A stretch of 41,977 nt of DNA from a virus (Duplodnaviria; Caudoviricetes): positions 1 through 41,977 of the IMG/VR virus record IMGVR_UViG_3300025018_001803. One strand, given 5' to 3'. Position 1 is the stretch's first letter, and each line of letters starts with the position of its first letter. The notes beneath the pieces are model-generated. The model did no database searches. It saw nothing but the letters and a program-made list of their open reading frames with translations, and was not told the origin of the DNA. Below, piece after piece: positions 25,293 through 35,196 of this stretch. A program made the translations under genes and the position numbers.

Positions 25293-26282
25293 CTAGAAGT
25301 CGTTGGTCGACACGACCGTGGTCGGGAAGCTGGTCACTGCGTGAATGACTGCGGCTTCGCCAACTAGGACGCCACGACGGAACTTGCCAACGAGCACTTC
25401 GCTGTCGTGCAGCAGGTCTTGGAAGTTACCCAAGCTCAGCGGCAGACGGTTGGTGCTGATCAGGCGGCGCTTCGGCTCGATGACGTAAGCGGTGCCGCTT
25501 GCGATGTATTCCGAAACGACTGGAACCAGTCGAGCGGTCGCCTCGTTGCGAGTGAGGTTGCCATCACCGCTTTCGCCAACCGCCTTCAGGGCCAGACGTG
25601 CAGTGTTCTCGCACTCTGGCGGGACCAACAGGATGCCTGGGCGGCGCTTCCCACGACGCATCGTGGTGGTCACCGAGTTCAGCGTGTTGATCACCTTGGC
25701 TACGTTGCTCGTGCCAGTGCCGGACAGCGCAGTGCTAGCCGAAAGGCCCGAGCTGACGGCTGCAACGATTGCACCGTAGTGAATCGCAGCAAGCTTGTCG
25801 TTCGCAGCTTCACGGAAGTCTTCCGTCACCATCTCCACAAGCGACATCTGGCCATCGGAGAACCACTCGTTCGAGTAGCCGATTGCAGTTGCATACTTGA
25901 CGTGGCGGACATACTTCTCAGCAGAGATCACTCGGCTGAACTTGATTTCGCCACCTTCACCGACTTCATTGAAGACGATGCCGTGCATACCACTGGAATT
26001 CTCATCCTCAGCAGCGAGTGCGGTTGCGGCGCTCACAGTCGTTACAGCGGTCGGCGGACGGAACGGGAAGAGCTCGCCGTGTCCGCGACCAGGAACGACC
26101 CGGAAGATTTGCTGCCACTGGGTGTCAGCAGTCTCGTCCGTCTGCATGAAGAATTCGTTCACCGCAGTGGTGAAGAACTGCTTCGTGTCAGAGGTCGTGA
26201 TGATTTCTTGAATCTGACCATCTTCCTCGACGACCATTTCGCCGCGACGGAAGTTGATGTTGTCACTGAAAATTGTTCCCAT
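25293..26282 (-). CDS. major capsid protein (HK97 fold)
   Basis: 329 aa after protease and cement genes; FNEVGEGGEI, KYATAIGYSNEW, RPGILLVPP, VVSEYI; strongly biased codons; terminator follows. Confidence 0.88.
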   Translation of the reverse strand: MGTIFSDNINFRRGEMVVEEDGQIQEIITTSDTKQFFTTAVNEFFMQTDETADTQWQQIFRVVPGRGHGELFPFRPPTAVTTVSAATALAAEDENSSGMHGIVFNEVGEGGEIKFSRVISAEKYVRHVKYATAIGYSNEWFSDGQMSLVEMVTEDFREAANDKLAAIHYGAIVAAVSSGLSASTALSGTGTSNVAKVINTLNSVTTTMRRGKRRPGILLVPPECENTARLALKAVGESGDGNLTRNEATARLVPVVSEYIASGTAYVIEPKRRLISTNRLPLSLGNFQDLLHDSEVLVGKFRRGVLVGEAAVIHAVTSFPTTVVSTNDF

Positions 26283-26306
26283 CTTTCTGTCCTCTTGCCT
26301 CGTAGA

Positions 26307-26855
26307 TTAGACGCCCGGTGCCGAAGCGGCCAGCCCATGAAGAGGCAGACCAAGAAGTTTCACATCCACGACGTTCAGCCCAACGTAAGGGGCAGAGAGT
26401 CCGGTGTAGTTGGATCCAACGGCGAATCCAACACATGCGCCACTGATGGCGGTTCTCGGCCAGCCAGCAATCGCAGTTTCGTTGTTTGTGACGCCAGAAG
26501 CGACAAAACCTGGAGCTGTCGTATCACCGACTCGCATGTAAAGCGGGTCGCTGTCATTGACAACCATTCCAGATGTCGGCAAGAGCATCGTGAAGACGCC
26601 TTGGACCATCATTTCACCCTTGCCTTCACCCGTTTGGGCTTCAGCAGCGACACCATCACCGATGACAATCGGTCTGCCATCAAGCGTAGTTTGTTGAGCG
26701 CTCGTTCCGATGATTTCATCGGTTACGACGCCAATCCATGCTCGAGCCAAATCGCTCGAGCCGCCAGTGCGGCGGTAGATGCTGCCGCTTGCGAGCGTAG
26801 CAGCAAGGCCGCTAATCTCGATCGACTTTCCTTCTTGACGATAGGACTTGGTCAT
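26307..26855 (-). CDS. capsid cement/decoration protein (DUF2190-like)
   Basis: N-terminus MTKSYRQEGKSI, VQGVFTM, VGFAV...VDVKL; between scaffold and capsid genes. Confidence 0.75.
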   Translation of the reverse strand: MTKSYRQEGKSIEISGLAATLASGSIYRRTGGSSDLARAWIGVVTDEIIGTSAQQTTLDGRPIVIGDGVAAEAQTGEGKGEMMVQGVFTMLLPTSGMVVNDSDPLYMRVGDTTAPGFVASGVTNNETAIAGWPRTAISGACVGFAVGSNYTGLSAPYVGLNVVDVKLLGLPLHGLAASAPGV

Positions 26856-26894
26856 TGTTTATTCCTCAATCTTTGCAGTAGATGTGTGTTGCGA

Positions 26895-28154
26895 TTAGAC
26901 GCCGACGCGTTCCTTGTGAGCCTTTGCGAGACCGGCAGACATGAACTTGGTCACATCTGTCTTGCCCGTGCCAGCCTTCGGGTTGTTGGCGCTCTTCCTG
27001 GTCGGCTTCTCATCTTCTTCAGAAGGGGTCTTGCCATTCCCGAACAGCTTGGCCATTTCGGCAACTTCTTCAACAGCCGAATTCATGTCGATGCGGAATT
27101 GCGCCTTGCTCTTCTCCAAGTCGCCCTCGACGATGGAAGGCTTGACTCTCTTGGATGCGAGCTTGATGACGTTCTTGTCAGCACCTTCAACACTGGACAT
27201 CTCTGCAACGCACTCAGTTGCAAACACGCTCATGTCTGCACTGATTCGAGCATCGCGCTCTTGCTCCAACTGCTTCTTGTGTTCGGCGAGTTGCTTCTCA
27301 AGTTCAGCATTCTTGCTCTTCATCTCAGACACTTCAGCGACCAGAGTTTCCTTCTCTGCCTTGAAGTCTTCCTTGTGTTGAGCGATCTCCTTCTTCGCAG
27401 ATGCAATTTCGGAGATCTGTTCGCCAATCTGCTCACCAACGAGTTCGGTAATTTCCGACTTGTATTCCTTGAGCAGCTCGGGCTTGGTGAGCTTTCCCAT
27501 TTTTGTTTCCTTGTGGTCCTTTTGAGTTTCTTGTTCGCTTGTTCTAGCGTCCATCTCGGATACAACAGCCGTCACTCCGGCTTGACTGAGGCCTCCAGTG
27601 CCAGGATTGCAGAAGTCGACACTGCTGAGCGGCTTGTGCATCATGGTCACAGTCTTGTGCGACTGGCCATATTCGCGAACCATCCGAGCGTTTCCAAGGA
27701 TGCTGACGTTGCCAGCCATCTTCTTCTTGATGTCAGATCTGAGCTTTGGCTCTGACTCTGTGATGTAAGCCTTACCCTTAGCTGCAAGCACCGACTTACC
27801 ATCAACCTTGATGGTCTCGAGCTTTGCGGAGACAATTCTGCCAACTGGCTCACGATACTTCCAGCTCTGGCTTCCCGGCTCGATGTGGCCCTTATACATG
27901 TTCACACCGATCATTGCATCGACGCAGCTCTTTACTGCCTCTTTGCTGTAAATCCTCTCGTTGTTGCTCATGCCTTCGTAGAGTCCGACAAACTCAACGT
28001 AGAAAGGCTTTTCATCGTCTTTTGTGATCTCAGCGATCTCTGCGTCTTCGAGTGATACCACCTTGTCGCCAACCCAGGCGGCATCAATACACTCAGAAAT
28101 CTGAGTGCTTTGAAGTTCGAAATCAAAACTTTCAACTTTTTGTTCTTCGCTCAT
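26895..28154 (-). CDS. prohead maturation protease fused to coiled-coil scaffold
   Basis: SNNERIYS, YKGH (catalytic His candidate), VGRI, NVSI (Ser candidate), SVDF; charged coiled-coil C-half. Confidence 0.82.
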   Translation of the reverse strand: MSEEQKVESFDFELQSTQISECIDAAWVGDKVVSLEDAEIAEITKDDEKPFYVEFVGLYEGMSNNERIYSKEAVKSCVDAMIGVNMYKGHIEPGSQSWKYREPVGRIVSAKLETIKVDGKSVLAAKGKAYITESEPKLRSDIKKKMAGNVSILGNARMVREYGQSHKTVTMMHKPLSSVDFCNPGTGGLSQAGVTAVVSEMDARTSEQETQKDHKETKMGKLTKPELLKEYKSEITELVGEQIGEQISEIASAKKEIAQHKEDFKAEKETLVAEVSEMKSKNAELEKQLAEHKKQLEQERDARISADMSVFATECVAEMSSVEGADKNVIKLASKRVKPSIVEGDLEKSKAQFRIDMNSAVEEVAEMAKLFGNGKTPSEEDEKPTRKSANNPKAGTGKTDVTKFMSAGLAKAHKERVGV

Positions 28155-28630
28155 TTGATGTATCCCGCCTTTTTAAGAGCAGCGACGATTTCAACTCGTT
28201 TTTTGTTGGTATCATGATAGACAATCGGAAAGTATTTGTCGCGACTCTTGAGCATAACAGAAATCATCGCAAACTTATTCAGATCTCTAACGCCAACGTA
28301 GTTGACTGCAATCCTTCTCAGAATGCCCCACATGTCATGCCAATTAGTGCAGTATTTGATGACTTTTGAAACGACATCGTTGTTGTTTTGATGAAGCCGA
28401 TGCCAATTGTCCATGAAGTCATATGTGCTAGCTAGGTCTCCAGCCTCCTTCGCTTCGCGCTTAAATTCATCTCTGAGGTGGGCATACTCAGGAACGTATC
28501 TGGCATCAGCGAAGCTGCCATATGTAAGAGCGCATCCGATCGTTTCCCACGGGGCGTATGCGTTATCTCTTTTGAAGTGAAAAGTCAAATACGCTTCGTA
28601 GAAAGTATATTCACCAGCCTGAACAATCAT
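28151..28630 (-). CDS. hypothetical protein between portal and protease
   Basis: 159-aa ORF with ATGA overlaps at both ends. Confidence 0.7.
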   Translation of the reverse strand: MIVQAGEYTFYEAYLTFHFKRDNAYAPWETIGCALTYGSFADARYVPEYAHLRDEFKREAKEAGDLASTYDFMDNWHRLHQNNNDVVSKVIKYCTNWHDMWGILRRIAVNYVGVRDLNKFAMISVMLKSRDKYFPIVYHDTNKKRVEIVAALKKAGYIK

Positions 28631-30195
28631 GTTGTAACTGGGGCATTCGCCCCGCCCTTCTCTTTGCTTCTATCTCGCCTTGGCCTTATGTCTGCTTGGC
28701 CACCTTTGCCAGCTTTGGTGGCGGCAGGATCGCTAGGATCGCCGGGCATCCCTGGCTCCTTACCCGGTGGGGGCTTCGTAGGGTCGTTCATCAAACCTGC
28801 ATCGACCTTCATATCTTGCAGTTCTTTGAGCTTTTCGATGTCGTTTCTTTCTTGTTCCACTTCACGATCGAAGTCAACATTGAGCCTCGCCGCCGCAGTG
28901 CGCGGAGACATGTATCCGTCTTCAATCGCAATCTTATTAGTCTGAGCGACTTCAAGATCTCTGTCTTGAGCAATTCCTGGGAAGTCAACACGACCCTTAA
29001 AGTCCTCTGGATCGCCTTCTCTATCTGTCTCAATCGTGAGTCCACTTGAAGGGTTGATAGTCGCTTTCGCTTGTAGTGCGAATTGAAGCATTTGGTTCAA
29101 GACGTGCGCCCACATGTCTTGCCTATCTTCAAACTTCTTGATTACCGGGAGCTGTTGGCTTTTCGACGACGCAAGGTTCGAGTTGCTTCCATCAGCAAGC
29201 ATAAACTCAGCAAACCCAACACCGGCTGCAATAATAAGAAGAAGAGCGCGGCGAGCTTCTTCATTGCTTGAATTCGGACCTGTGAACTCTAGAATCTTCC
29301 ATACTTCTCTCGAGTTATGCACTGGGTTCGATCCAATGCTCCAGCCACGATAACGCGCGATGGCGGCATTCACCTCGTCTTCAGTCCCGTCTTCGATTGA
29401 AATATCGTAGGCGGGTGATCTGTATAGCTTGTTTATGACGACGCCATCGCGCAGATACTCTTGGTAGTTGTCGAGCCACTCTTTCACAGCAATCAAGTCG
29501 CCGTGCCCGAATGGGTCAATGTTTCCTGCATTCAACTTCAGTTGAATCATACAGCCCATGTTTCTGTTTGGGCCATCAAAGTCATACTTGCTGATGTGAG
29601 GGATCGTATCAGAGTGATCGATCATACTCGCATCTTCCCATTCCATCAAGAAGTTATGAACATCGCCAACGTCGTCTTCAGCTGTTTCGACGTGCGTGAT
29701 GTTATCTGGTGGAACGAATGTGACTTGCGTGTCCCCTAGTCTCCAGAGTGTCTTGTTGCCCTTCGTGACATCGGAGAACTTTGGGCGGAGCCAGATGAAA
29801 ACTTCGCCGAATGCGGTTGATTCATCGCTCGCAGCTCTGAGTCTGATCTCAAGATTGTTCTTCTTGTAGAACTTCTTGGCGTAGAACTGTGCGTTTTCGT
29901 CATCGAACTGAAAGACGACCCCTCTTCCTAGAACGAAGAAAGTCGTCGTTCTGACGATACTTCCACCAAGAGGGTCATACTTCCAGAGTCGATACGCCTC
30001 GTCGATCAACTGCTTACGACCGGCAGTCGGAATCTTGAATGGAGGCAGTCCGACGCTTCGAAGCATCGGCTTTACATCGAACGAACCTCCAACGCTGATC
30101 CAGGTCTCTTGGACCGATTCATCGTTTTCTGAGATTCTAATTCTCTGACCTTTACCGCTGACAGCGACTCTTGATCCGGTTGGCTTGAATTTCAT
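28627..30195 (-). CDS. portal protein
   Basis: 522 aa right after the large terminase; DPLGGSIV...FVLGRG, FGEVFI, GHGDL, SNLASS, GYMSPRTAA, disordered C-tail. Confidence 0.88.
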   Translation of the reverse strand: MKFKPTGSRVAVSGKGQRIRISENDESVQETWISVGGSFDVKPMLRSVGLPPFKIPTAGRKQLIDEAYRLWKYDPLGGSIVRTTTFFVLGRGVVFQFDDENAQFYAKKFYKKNNLEIRLRAASDESTAFGEVFIWLRPKFSDVTKGNKTLWRLGDTQVTFVPPDNITHVETAEDDVGDVHNFLMEWEDASMIDHSDTIPHISKYDFDGPNRNMGCMIQLKLNAGNIDPFGHGDLIAVKEWLDNYQEYLRDGVVINKLYRSPAYDISIEDGTEDEVNAAIARYRGWSIGSNPVHNSREVWKILEFTGPNSSNEEARRALLLIIAAGVGFAEFMLADGSNSNLASSKSQQLPVIKKFEDRQDMWAHVLNQMLQFALQAKATINPSSGLTIETDREGDPEDFKGRVDFPGIAQDRDLEVAQTNKIAIEDGYMSPRTAAARLNVDFDREVEQERNDIEKLKELQDMKVDAGLMNDPTKPPPGKEPGMPGDPSDPAATKAGKGGQADIRPRRDRSKEKGGANAPVTT

Positions 30196-32870
30196 TAGTC
30201 GCCTTTCAGGAAGCCAAAGATTGACTGGTCATGTCCGGGGGCGTTCTTTCTGTAATCGTTCAAGAACTTCGGACCAAGGGGTGTGAATCCTGGACGTTCA
30301 CGGAACTCCATTTGAGGGACACTGCCTCCAACTGGTAATACAAGAGTTCTGATTTCCTCTTGAGCCCAGATGCTTGCAATGCAGCTATCAACGATGTCGT
30401 CACCTAGAAGTGAATTGAGCATCATATACTTGTTGTATCCCGATCCACTTCTTTCAGCTTTGATATTGCCAAACTGCTTCAAGAGCTTGTCGAGGACAGC
30501 ATACCTAGAATCGTCTTCTACAATTGCTGGGTATCTGAAAGTGCATGCATAGATATACTTCTGCATTCTCTCGTGCATGAGGTGCTTGGTTGGACCTGTG
30601 AATCGCAATGGCTTGATGAACCATTCGTCCCATCCGTTGCCGCCAGCCTTGTTTTCGAACCTTCTGACGTCGATTCGAGTTAGAGAAGACTCATATAGGA
30701 TTCGATTCAGGTCATATAAGAATGCCGTATCAAAAGCGTCGCCAAATCCTGCTCGTGGTCTGAAGAATGCAAATAGCCTCTTCATTCCCTCGAGAACTAC
30801 GTCCGGTCTCTCGTTTGCAGACCACTCTTCTGAGTATAGCCAAAAGACTTGGTTGCCGATCTTTTCAGTAAACGTGATACTCCAGTTACTAGAATCAGCT
30901 CCTGAACCAGCGCCAGCACAGTCAATCCCTACTGTGACATCACCTTGCGCCTTGTAGAAGATGTTTTGCTGAATGATGACGTCGATTGGCGCATAATCGT
31001 TGTCAACACAGTTTCTGATCCACCTGTCTGGGTAGAACGCGCTTGACTCAACATAGAGAACGAGATATGTTCTAGCAAACTGGTGAGGGGTCGACATACC
31101 CTGGAAGAGGTAGATGTCGTTTTCTGGGATGATTTTCATCTCAACGCCATGCCAGCAATTGCTTACAACAGCATTCGCATGACCTAGCGTGTAGCTATGA
31201 ATCTCATCAACTCCAAGGTCATAAACCTTGCCTGTATATTTCTCAACTTGAAGTTTCACAACTTCACCAGTCTTCCTACCCTGTTTCCCGATAGGCGCTC
31301 TGCCTATGTCATCAATCGTTTCAATTCTCTCTGTTTGAACTCTCCAGTATCTGGTGGCTGGCAATGATCGGCCTTCAATGAAGCTTTCCTTAGCTATTCC
31401 TGAATTGACAGTAGCTCTAACGCCAAGCTGGATCAAGAGTCTACTGATTCCGATCGCGATGTTCTTGTTGACTGTCTTTGAACTGATACACGTCCTATTA
31501 CCGTGTCGATTTTTCACCACACAGCCGTCGCCATTGAAGTAACCCTTCAAGAATGAAGCTTTCAATTCATCACTCCAACTCTCTACAATCGGATTGATGG
31601 ATTTACCGCGTGAATACCTTCCGCAGATCTCTTCAACGTGTTCACCGAAGTAAGGTGTAGTCGTCCATATCTGATGTGCTGTCCCGTTGCTATTTTCAGC
31701 AAATGCTAAACCTGAAGAAGTCATAGCATCTTTAGCTTTTCTGATGCCTTCTAGATCAAGTTTATTGAAAGAGAAGTTTACGAACTGAGTCGCCCCATCT
31801 GAACCAACTCCAAGACATCCATCGGCTAGATAAAGTCCAGTGAGATACGCTAGTTCAATATCAACATCATAGAGTGATTCACCATTAGTTTGAATTGGTT
31901 CGTCATTGCAGACAACTTCATCGCCAAGTTTCAACTCTGAAGCTTCAACCCAACCTCTCTTTGTGAGAAACTTATGATTTGGCGTGCAGCGGATAGGCAA
32001 ACCGCTTCCGTATGCCATCGTCACAACAACAAGATCATCATCATAGTCATGAATATGAACCTGCTTCACCTGTCTCTGGAGACCGCCTTCAACTACAACC
32101 GAATCATCAATTTGAATTTCATCAATTCTTCTAAGGCCGCTCCTAGTTAAGACAGTCGTATCAGGAGTGAAGCAATTGAACTTGGGCAGAACGTTGAATC
32201 TCATCCTTGCGCCCTTCTCTCCAAGTGCAGTGGGGTGCTCGATGTTGTAGATGTTCCCAATTCCCTTGATCGTTCCAGTGATGATACGACAGCAGCCTTG
32301 GTGCCTCCCGTAGTCGTGGTCATCCTTGATCTGTGAACCAGTTGGGTAGATACGGGTTAGGAAGGGCTCCCAATCCATATCGTCGAACTCTTCAAGCCAT
32401 TGGTGAGTCGCACCTAAGCCGTCAACTGATGAAGCCTGACCCTTTGCCTGGATCTGGCTTCTGTTCATGAATTCGATATGCTCCTTCCCTAATCCTTCAC
32501 CAAGCCTGCTGTCGATGTATGCGAGCAAGATCTCACTGTTCATAACCATATCGGTCATGTATCTGAGATTTCTCTTGCTCTGCTCTAGAGCTGGACTGTG
32601 GACGTTTACCTCCGAGTATCGGAGACAGGCGGCCTCCTCTAAGAAGTATGCAGCAACCGTGAACGACTTTCTGATACGGCGACTTCCAATCAGCATATGG
32701 CTGTCGCCAACTGTATCCATCTCGTTCATCCAGGCAACTTGATGGGGATTCAGCTCGATTCCGCTGATATGCCTGTGCCACAAGTAGTGATCGCCTCGAT
32801 ACTTCTTGATTTCTCGCTCAACGCTCTTGCGGAAGTTCCCAGTTACCTTCGCTCCTAATCTTACTCTCAA
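30195..32870 (-). CDS. terL: terminase large subunit, intein-containing (891-aa precursor, about 552 aa spliced)
   Basis: Walker A-like GSRRIRKS, Walker B WLEEFD, ITGT coupling motif, RNase H-like VGIDCA...GDAFD...GDDIVDS; TTG start overlapping the upstream TGA. Confidence 0.9.
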   Translation of the reverse strand: MRVRLGAKVTGNFRKSVEREIKKYRGDHYLWHRHISGIELNPHQVAWMNEMDTVGDSHMLIGSRRIRKSFTVAAYFLEEAACLRYSEVNVHSPALEQSKRNLRYMTDMVMNSEILLAYIDSRLGEGLGKEHIEFMNRSQIQAKGQASSVDGLGATHQWLEEFDDMDWEPFLTRIYPTGSQIKDDHDYGRHQGCCRIITGTIKGIGNIYNIEHPTALGEKGARMRFNVLPKFNCFTPDTTVLTRSGLRRIDEIQIDDSVVVEGGLQRQVKQVHIHDYDDDLVVVTMAYGSGLPIRCTPNHKFLTKRGWVEASELKLGDEVVCNDEPIQTNGESLYDVDIELAYLTGLYLADGCLGVGSDGATQFVNFSFNKLDLEGIRKAKDAMTSSGLAFAENSNGTAHQIWTTTPYFGEHVEEICGRYSRGKSINPIVESWSDELKASFLKGYFNGDGCVVKNRHGNRTCISSKTVNKNIAIGISRLLIQLGVRATVNSGIAKESFIEGRSLPATRYWRVQTERIETIDDIGRAPIGKQGRKTGEVVKLQVEKYTGKVYDLGVDEIHSYTLGHANAVVSNCWHGVEMKIIPENDIYLFQGMSTPHQFARTYLVLYVESSAFYPDRWIRNCVDNDYAPIDVIIQQNIFYKAQGDVTVGIDCAGAGSGADSSNWSITFTEKIGNQVFWLYSEEWSANERPDVVLEGMKRLFAFFRPRAGFGDAFDTAFLYDLNRILYESSLTRIDVRRFENKAGGNGWDEWFIKPLRFTGPTKHLMHERMQKYIYACTFRYPAIVEDDSRYAVLDKLLKQFGNIKAERSGSGYNKYMMLNSLLGDDIVDSCIASIWAQEEIRTLVLPVGGSVPQMEFRERPGFTPLGPKFLNDYRKNAPGHDQSIFGFLKGD
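31158..32174 (-). mobile_element. intein with LAGLIDADG homing endonuclease (339 aa, residues 233-571 of TerL)
   Basis: Block A CFTPDTTV, block B CTPNHKF, LAGLIDADG motifs LAYLTGLYLADG and FLKGYFNGDG, block F VYDLGV, end VVSN followed by +1 Cys. Confidence 0.95.
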
Positions 32871-33298
32871 TTTTCTGACCTCGGTTTTGGGATGTCGCTT
32901 ATTTTCGGGAAGAGTTTTGCGATCTTATTTGATGCTTCTTGACCGAGCTTCGTATTCGGTTCTTCTTGTTTGAGCTCCTTGGCATTTTTATCCGCAGACT
33001 TCGCAGCATCTTGCTCCCACTTTTCTTCAGAAAAGTTTTCAGGGCGATACTTAGCGATCCTTTTCGGCATTGGTGGATCGACTCTTGAATTTGGCCTTTT
33101 TCCGTGAGCTGCCCCTCGATCGTTACCAGGAGAGTGAACTCTGTCGTATTTCTCAATGTTGATTAGAGCGACCTTCTTATGGTAGCCGCACAGAAAGGCT
33201 GAATCCGCACCATCGCTAGTCGTAACGTGGTTCGTGACGGCATTCTTACATGCGCCCCACTCACATTTCGAACCGGCTTCATAAGGGAGGTATCCCAT
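32867..33298 (-). CDS. hypothetical protein with possible Zn-binding N-terminus
   Basis: CEWGAC...LCGYH; coupled to neighbours on both sides. Confidence 0.65.
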   Translation of the reverse strand: MGYLPYEAGSKCEWGACKNAVTNHVTTSDGADSAFLCGYHKKVALINIEKYDRVHSPGNDRGAAHGKRPNSRVDPPMPKRIAKYRPENFSEEKWEQDAAKSADKNAKELKQEEPNTKLGQEASNKIAKLFPKISDIPKPRSEN

Positions 33299-33825
33299 TA
33301 GCCGTCTAGATTCATACCAATCCTTCTCGTAATCTCTTCTACTGTCGGGACGTGTTTGAACTCTTTCTCCAGATCGCTGTCGCCGATTGGCGACTCCTCA
33401 AACAAGAGTTCAGATCTAAATCCGAGTTCTCTTTGATCTTGAAGGGTCTTACGCCTTCTGATCTTCTCGATCTCTTCTGGCTTGATCTTCATTCGAAGAA
33501 GCTCTTGCTTCCTGTTATTCTTGATCCCGAGATCGTGAACCCAACCGTTCAATTTCGAGTTAGCGTCAGGGAAAAGCTTCATCGAAACGCTTCGATAGAT
33601 CTTATCCTCGTAGAATTCCGCCTGATATCTGGGACGGATCCTGTTCGAGTAGATGTGGTGGAAGCGGCATAAGCCACCTACAGCAAACGGCACCTCAGCT
33701 TTGAGGGCGGCAATGATCTTGTTGACAAAGCCTTCAACGCATCGCCGCACCACTTCGGTTTCGATGCCAGTCTCGGCAGCGATAGCGGCAATAGATCGTG
33801 TGGTAGTATCAGGGATATTGCTCAT
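33298..33825 (-). CDS. HU/IHF-like DNA-binding protein with C-terminal extension
   Basis: IAAIAAETGIETEVVRRCVEGFVNKIIAALKAEVPFAVGGLCRF...VSMKL follows the HU helix-helix-strand pattern. Confidence 0.7.
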   Translation of the reverse strand: MSNIPDTTTRSIAAIAAETGIETEVVRRCVEGFVNKIIAALKAEVPFAVGGLCRFHHIYSNRIRPRYQAEFYEDKIYRSVSMKLFPDANSKLNGWVHDLGIKNNRKQELLRMKIKPEEIEKIRRRKTLQDQRELGFRSELLFEESPIGDSDLEKEFKHVPTVEEITRRIGMNLDG

Positions 33826-33864
33826 TAACACTCATTATGAGGTTGAGCTATCTTGATACTAGAT

Positions 33865-34545
33865 CTACTCGACGATTTCGCCTTCCGCTAGAAGCTTTTG
33901 GTAGACTGGGTCTTCCTTGGTGCGTCTATCGCCAGACCTCACAGCAATCATAAACCGCTCTTCAGTGATCTTGCGCTCTGCGATGACCGCTTCAAGAGTT
34001 TCTGGGTTCTCCGCAATGATGTGACCGGAGACGGCTCTCTTCTCTTCCGCGCTCTTCGGAGTCAACTTGAAGTCATTTAGGTTGATGCCAATGCTTCTTG
34101 CAAGCTGGATGCAACGAGCGATGAGCGGGTGGTCTTTGATGCGCATCGCGACAGTCATAAACCTGCGATTCGTCTGAGGGTCAATTCCTGGCCTATCTGG
34201 GTCTGGGATCCAGACGGGGCTGCCCTTAGCATCAAGAATCGGCTCGTTGACCGTCACGCCAACAATGTTGACCTCTTCTAGCATGCGACGGATCTGCATC
34301 ATAATCATCGAAGTGATGCCCGAGGCATCTTCTTTGATGAATGTCATATCACCGTCAGCGAACGCGTCAGCGTAATTCTTCAGGTGCATCAGGTCATACA
34401 TGCACGTCTCTTCGTGCTTGACCTGCTTCTTCTTATAGTAGGCGCATCCTTCGCCTCCATTCTTGAAGAAGTAGCAATCCGCACTGCATTTGCGGATTGC
34501 GTTTAGCTCGAGGCGATCTTGCTCTTTTTTATTCAGTCGGACCAA
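33865..34545 (-). CDS. probable terminase small subunit (P27-like)
   Basis: KDHPLI...LARSIGINLNDFKLTPKS resembles the P27-family HP...LTP motif; upstream of terL; TTG start with AAAGG upstream. Confidence 0.6.
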   Translation of the reverse strand: MVRLNKKEQDRLELNAIRKCSADCYFFKNGGEGCAYYKKKQVKHEETCMYDLMHLKNYADAFADGDMTFIKEDASGITSMIMMQIRRMLEEVNIVGVTVNEPILDAKGSPVWIPDPDRPGIDPQTNRRFMTVAMRIKDHPLIARCIQLARSIGINLNDFKLTPKSAEEKRAVSGHIIAENPETLEAVIAERKITEERFMIAVRSGDRRTKEDPVYQKLLAEGEIVE

Positions 34546-34792
34546 TTTCGCCTTTCAGCTTTTCGGAGTGATCTTGCGCCTTCTTCATTCTTTGATACAA
34601 CGAATGGCATAGGATTGCAGCAAGATGAGGATCGATCTTTGTGCCGCTATTGAAAATGCTCATAACGAAAGCTGAGAAGTGCGGCTCTTCTGAGTAGACT
34701 TCAGCCACCATCTGCAGAATGTAAGTTCTGTCTTTGCTTGAAAACTTAGTGTATTCAGCTAAGCAGCTTGCCGCAGTCTCTCTCGTAATCAT
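34529..34792 (-). CDS. hypothetical protein
   Basis: 87-aa ORF overlapping neighbours. Confidence 0.6.
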   Translation of the reverse strand: MITRETAASCLAEYTKFSSKDRTYILQMVAEVYSEEPHFSAFVMSIFNSGTKIDPHLAAILCHSLYQRMKKAQDHSEKLKGEIGPTE

Positions 34793-35196
34793 CGCTTCGG
34801 TGGTGAAACTGAGACGATATTCGGCTTTTCAGAAGAGCTGACAACAGTCTTTGGCGGGATTGGTTGAATCGGCTCTTCTTGATTCTCTTCGTTTCCTCGA
34901 ATCAAACCCGCCTTCTTAGCGTGTTCGATGAGACTTTGGAGTCGAAGAGTAGTTTCAAGCTCTTGAGCTTGGATCTGCTGGCTTGTGACCAGCTTGATGT
35001 GATTCACGCGCCTTTGGCTGATTTCTTCAATCAGAACAACCTTCTCTAATTCGATGTGAGCCCTGTAAGACGAAGCCTCATCATCGATGCAATCGACGTT
35101 CGCAGAGTAGTATTCCTCTCCTCTCTTTTCGAGGACGGCATTCTTACCTGATTCGAAATGAACGATGACGAATCCACTTTTGATCTTTTCTGACAT
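34789..35196 (-). CDS. hypothetical protein
   Basis: 135-aa ORF; TCGTA motif 9 nt upstream. Confidence 0.65.
   Translation of the reverse strand: MSEKIKSGFVIVHFESGKNAVLEKRGEEYYSANVDCIDDEASSYRAHIELEKVVLIEEISQRRVNHIKLVTSQQIQAQELETTLRLQSLIEHAKKAGLIRGNEENQEEPIQPIPPKTVVSSSEKPNIVSVSPPKR

Noticed and set aside
25407-27755. 782-aa plus-strand ORF
   Set aside because: Antisense shadow of the capsid, cement and protease genes, explained by their biased codon usage; no recognisable motifs.
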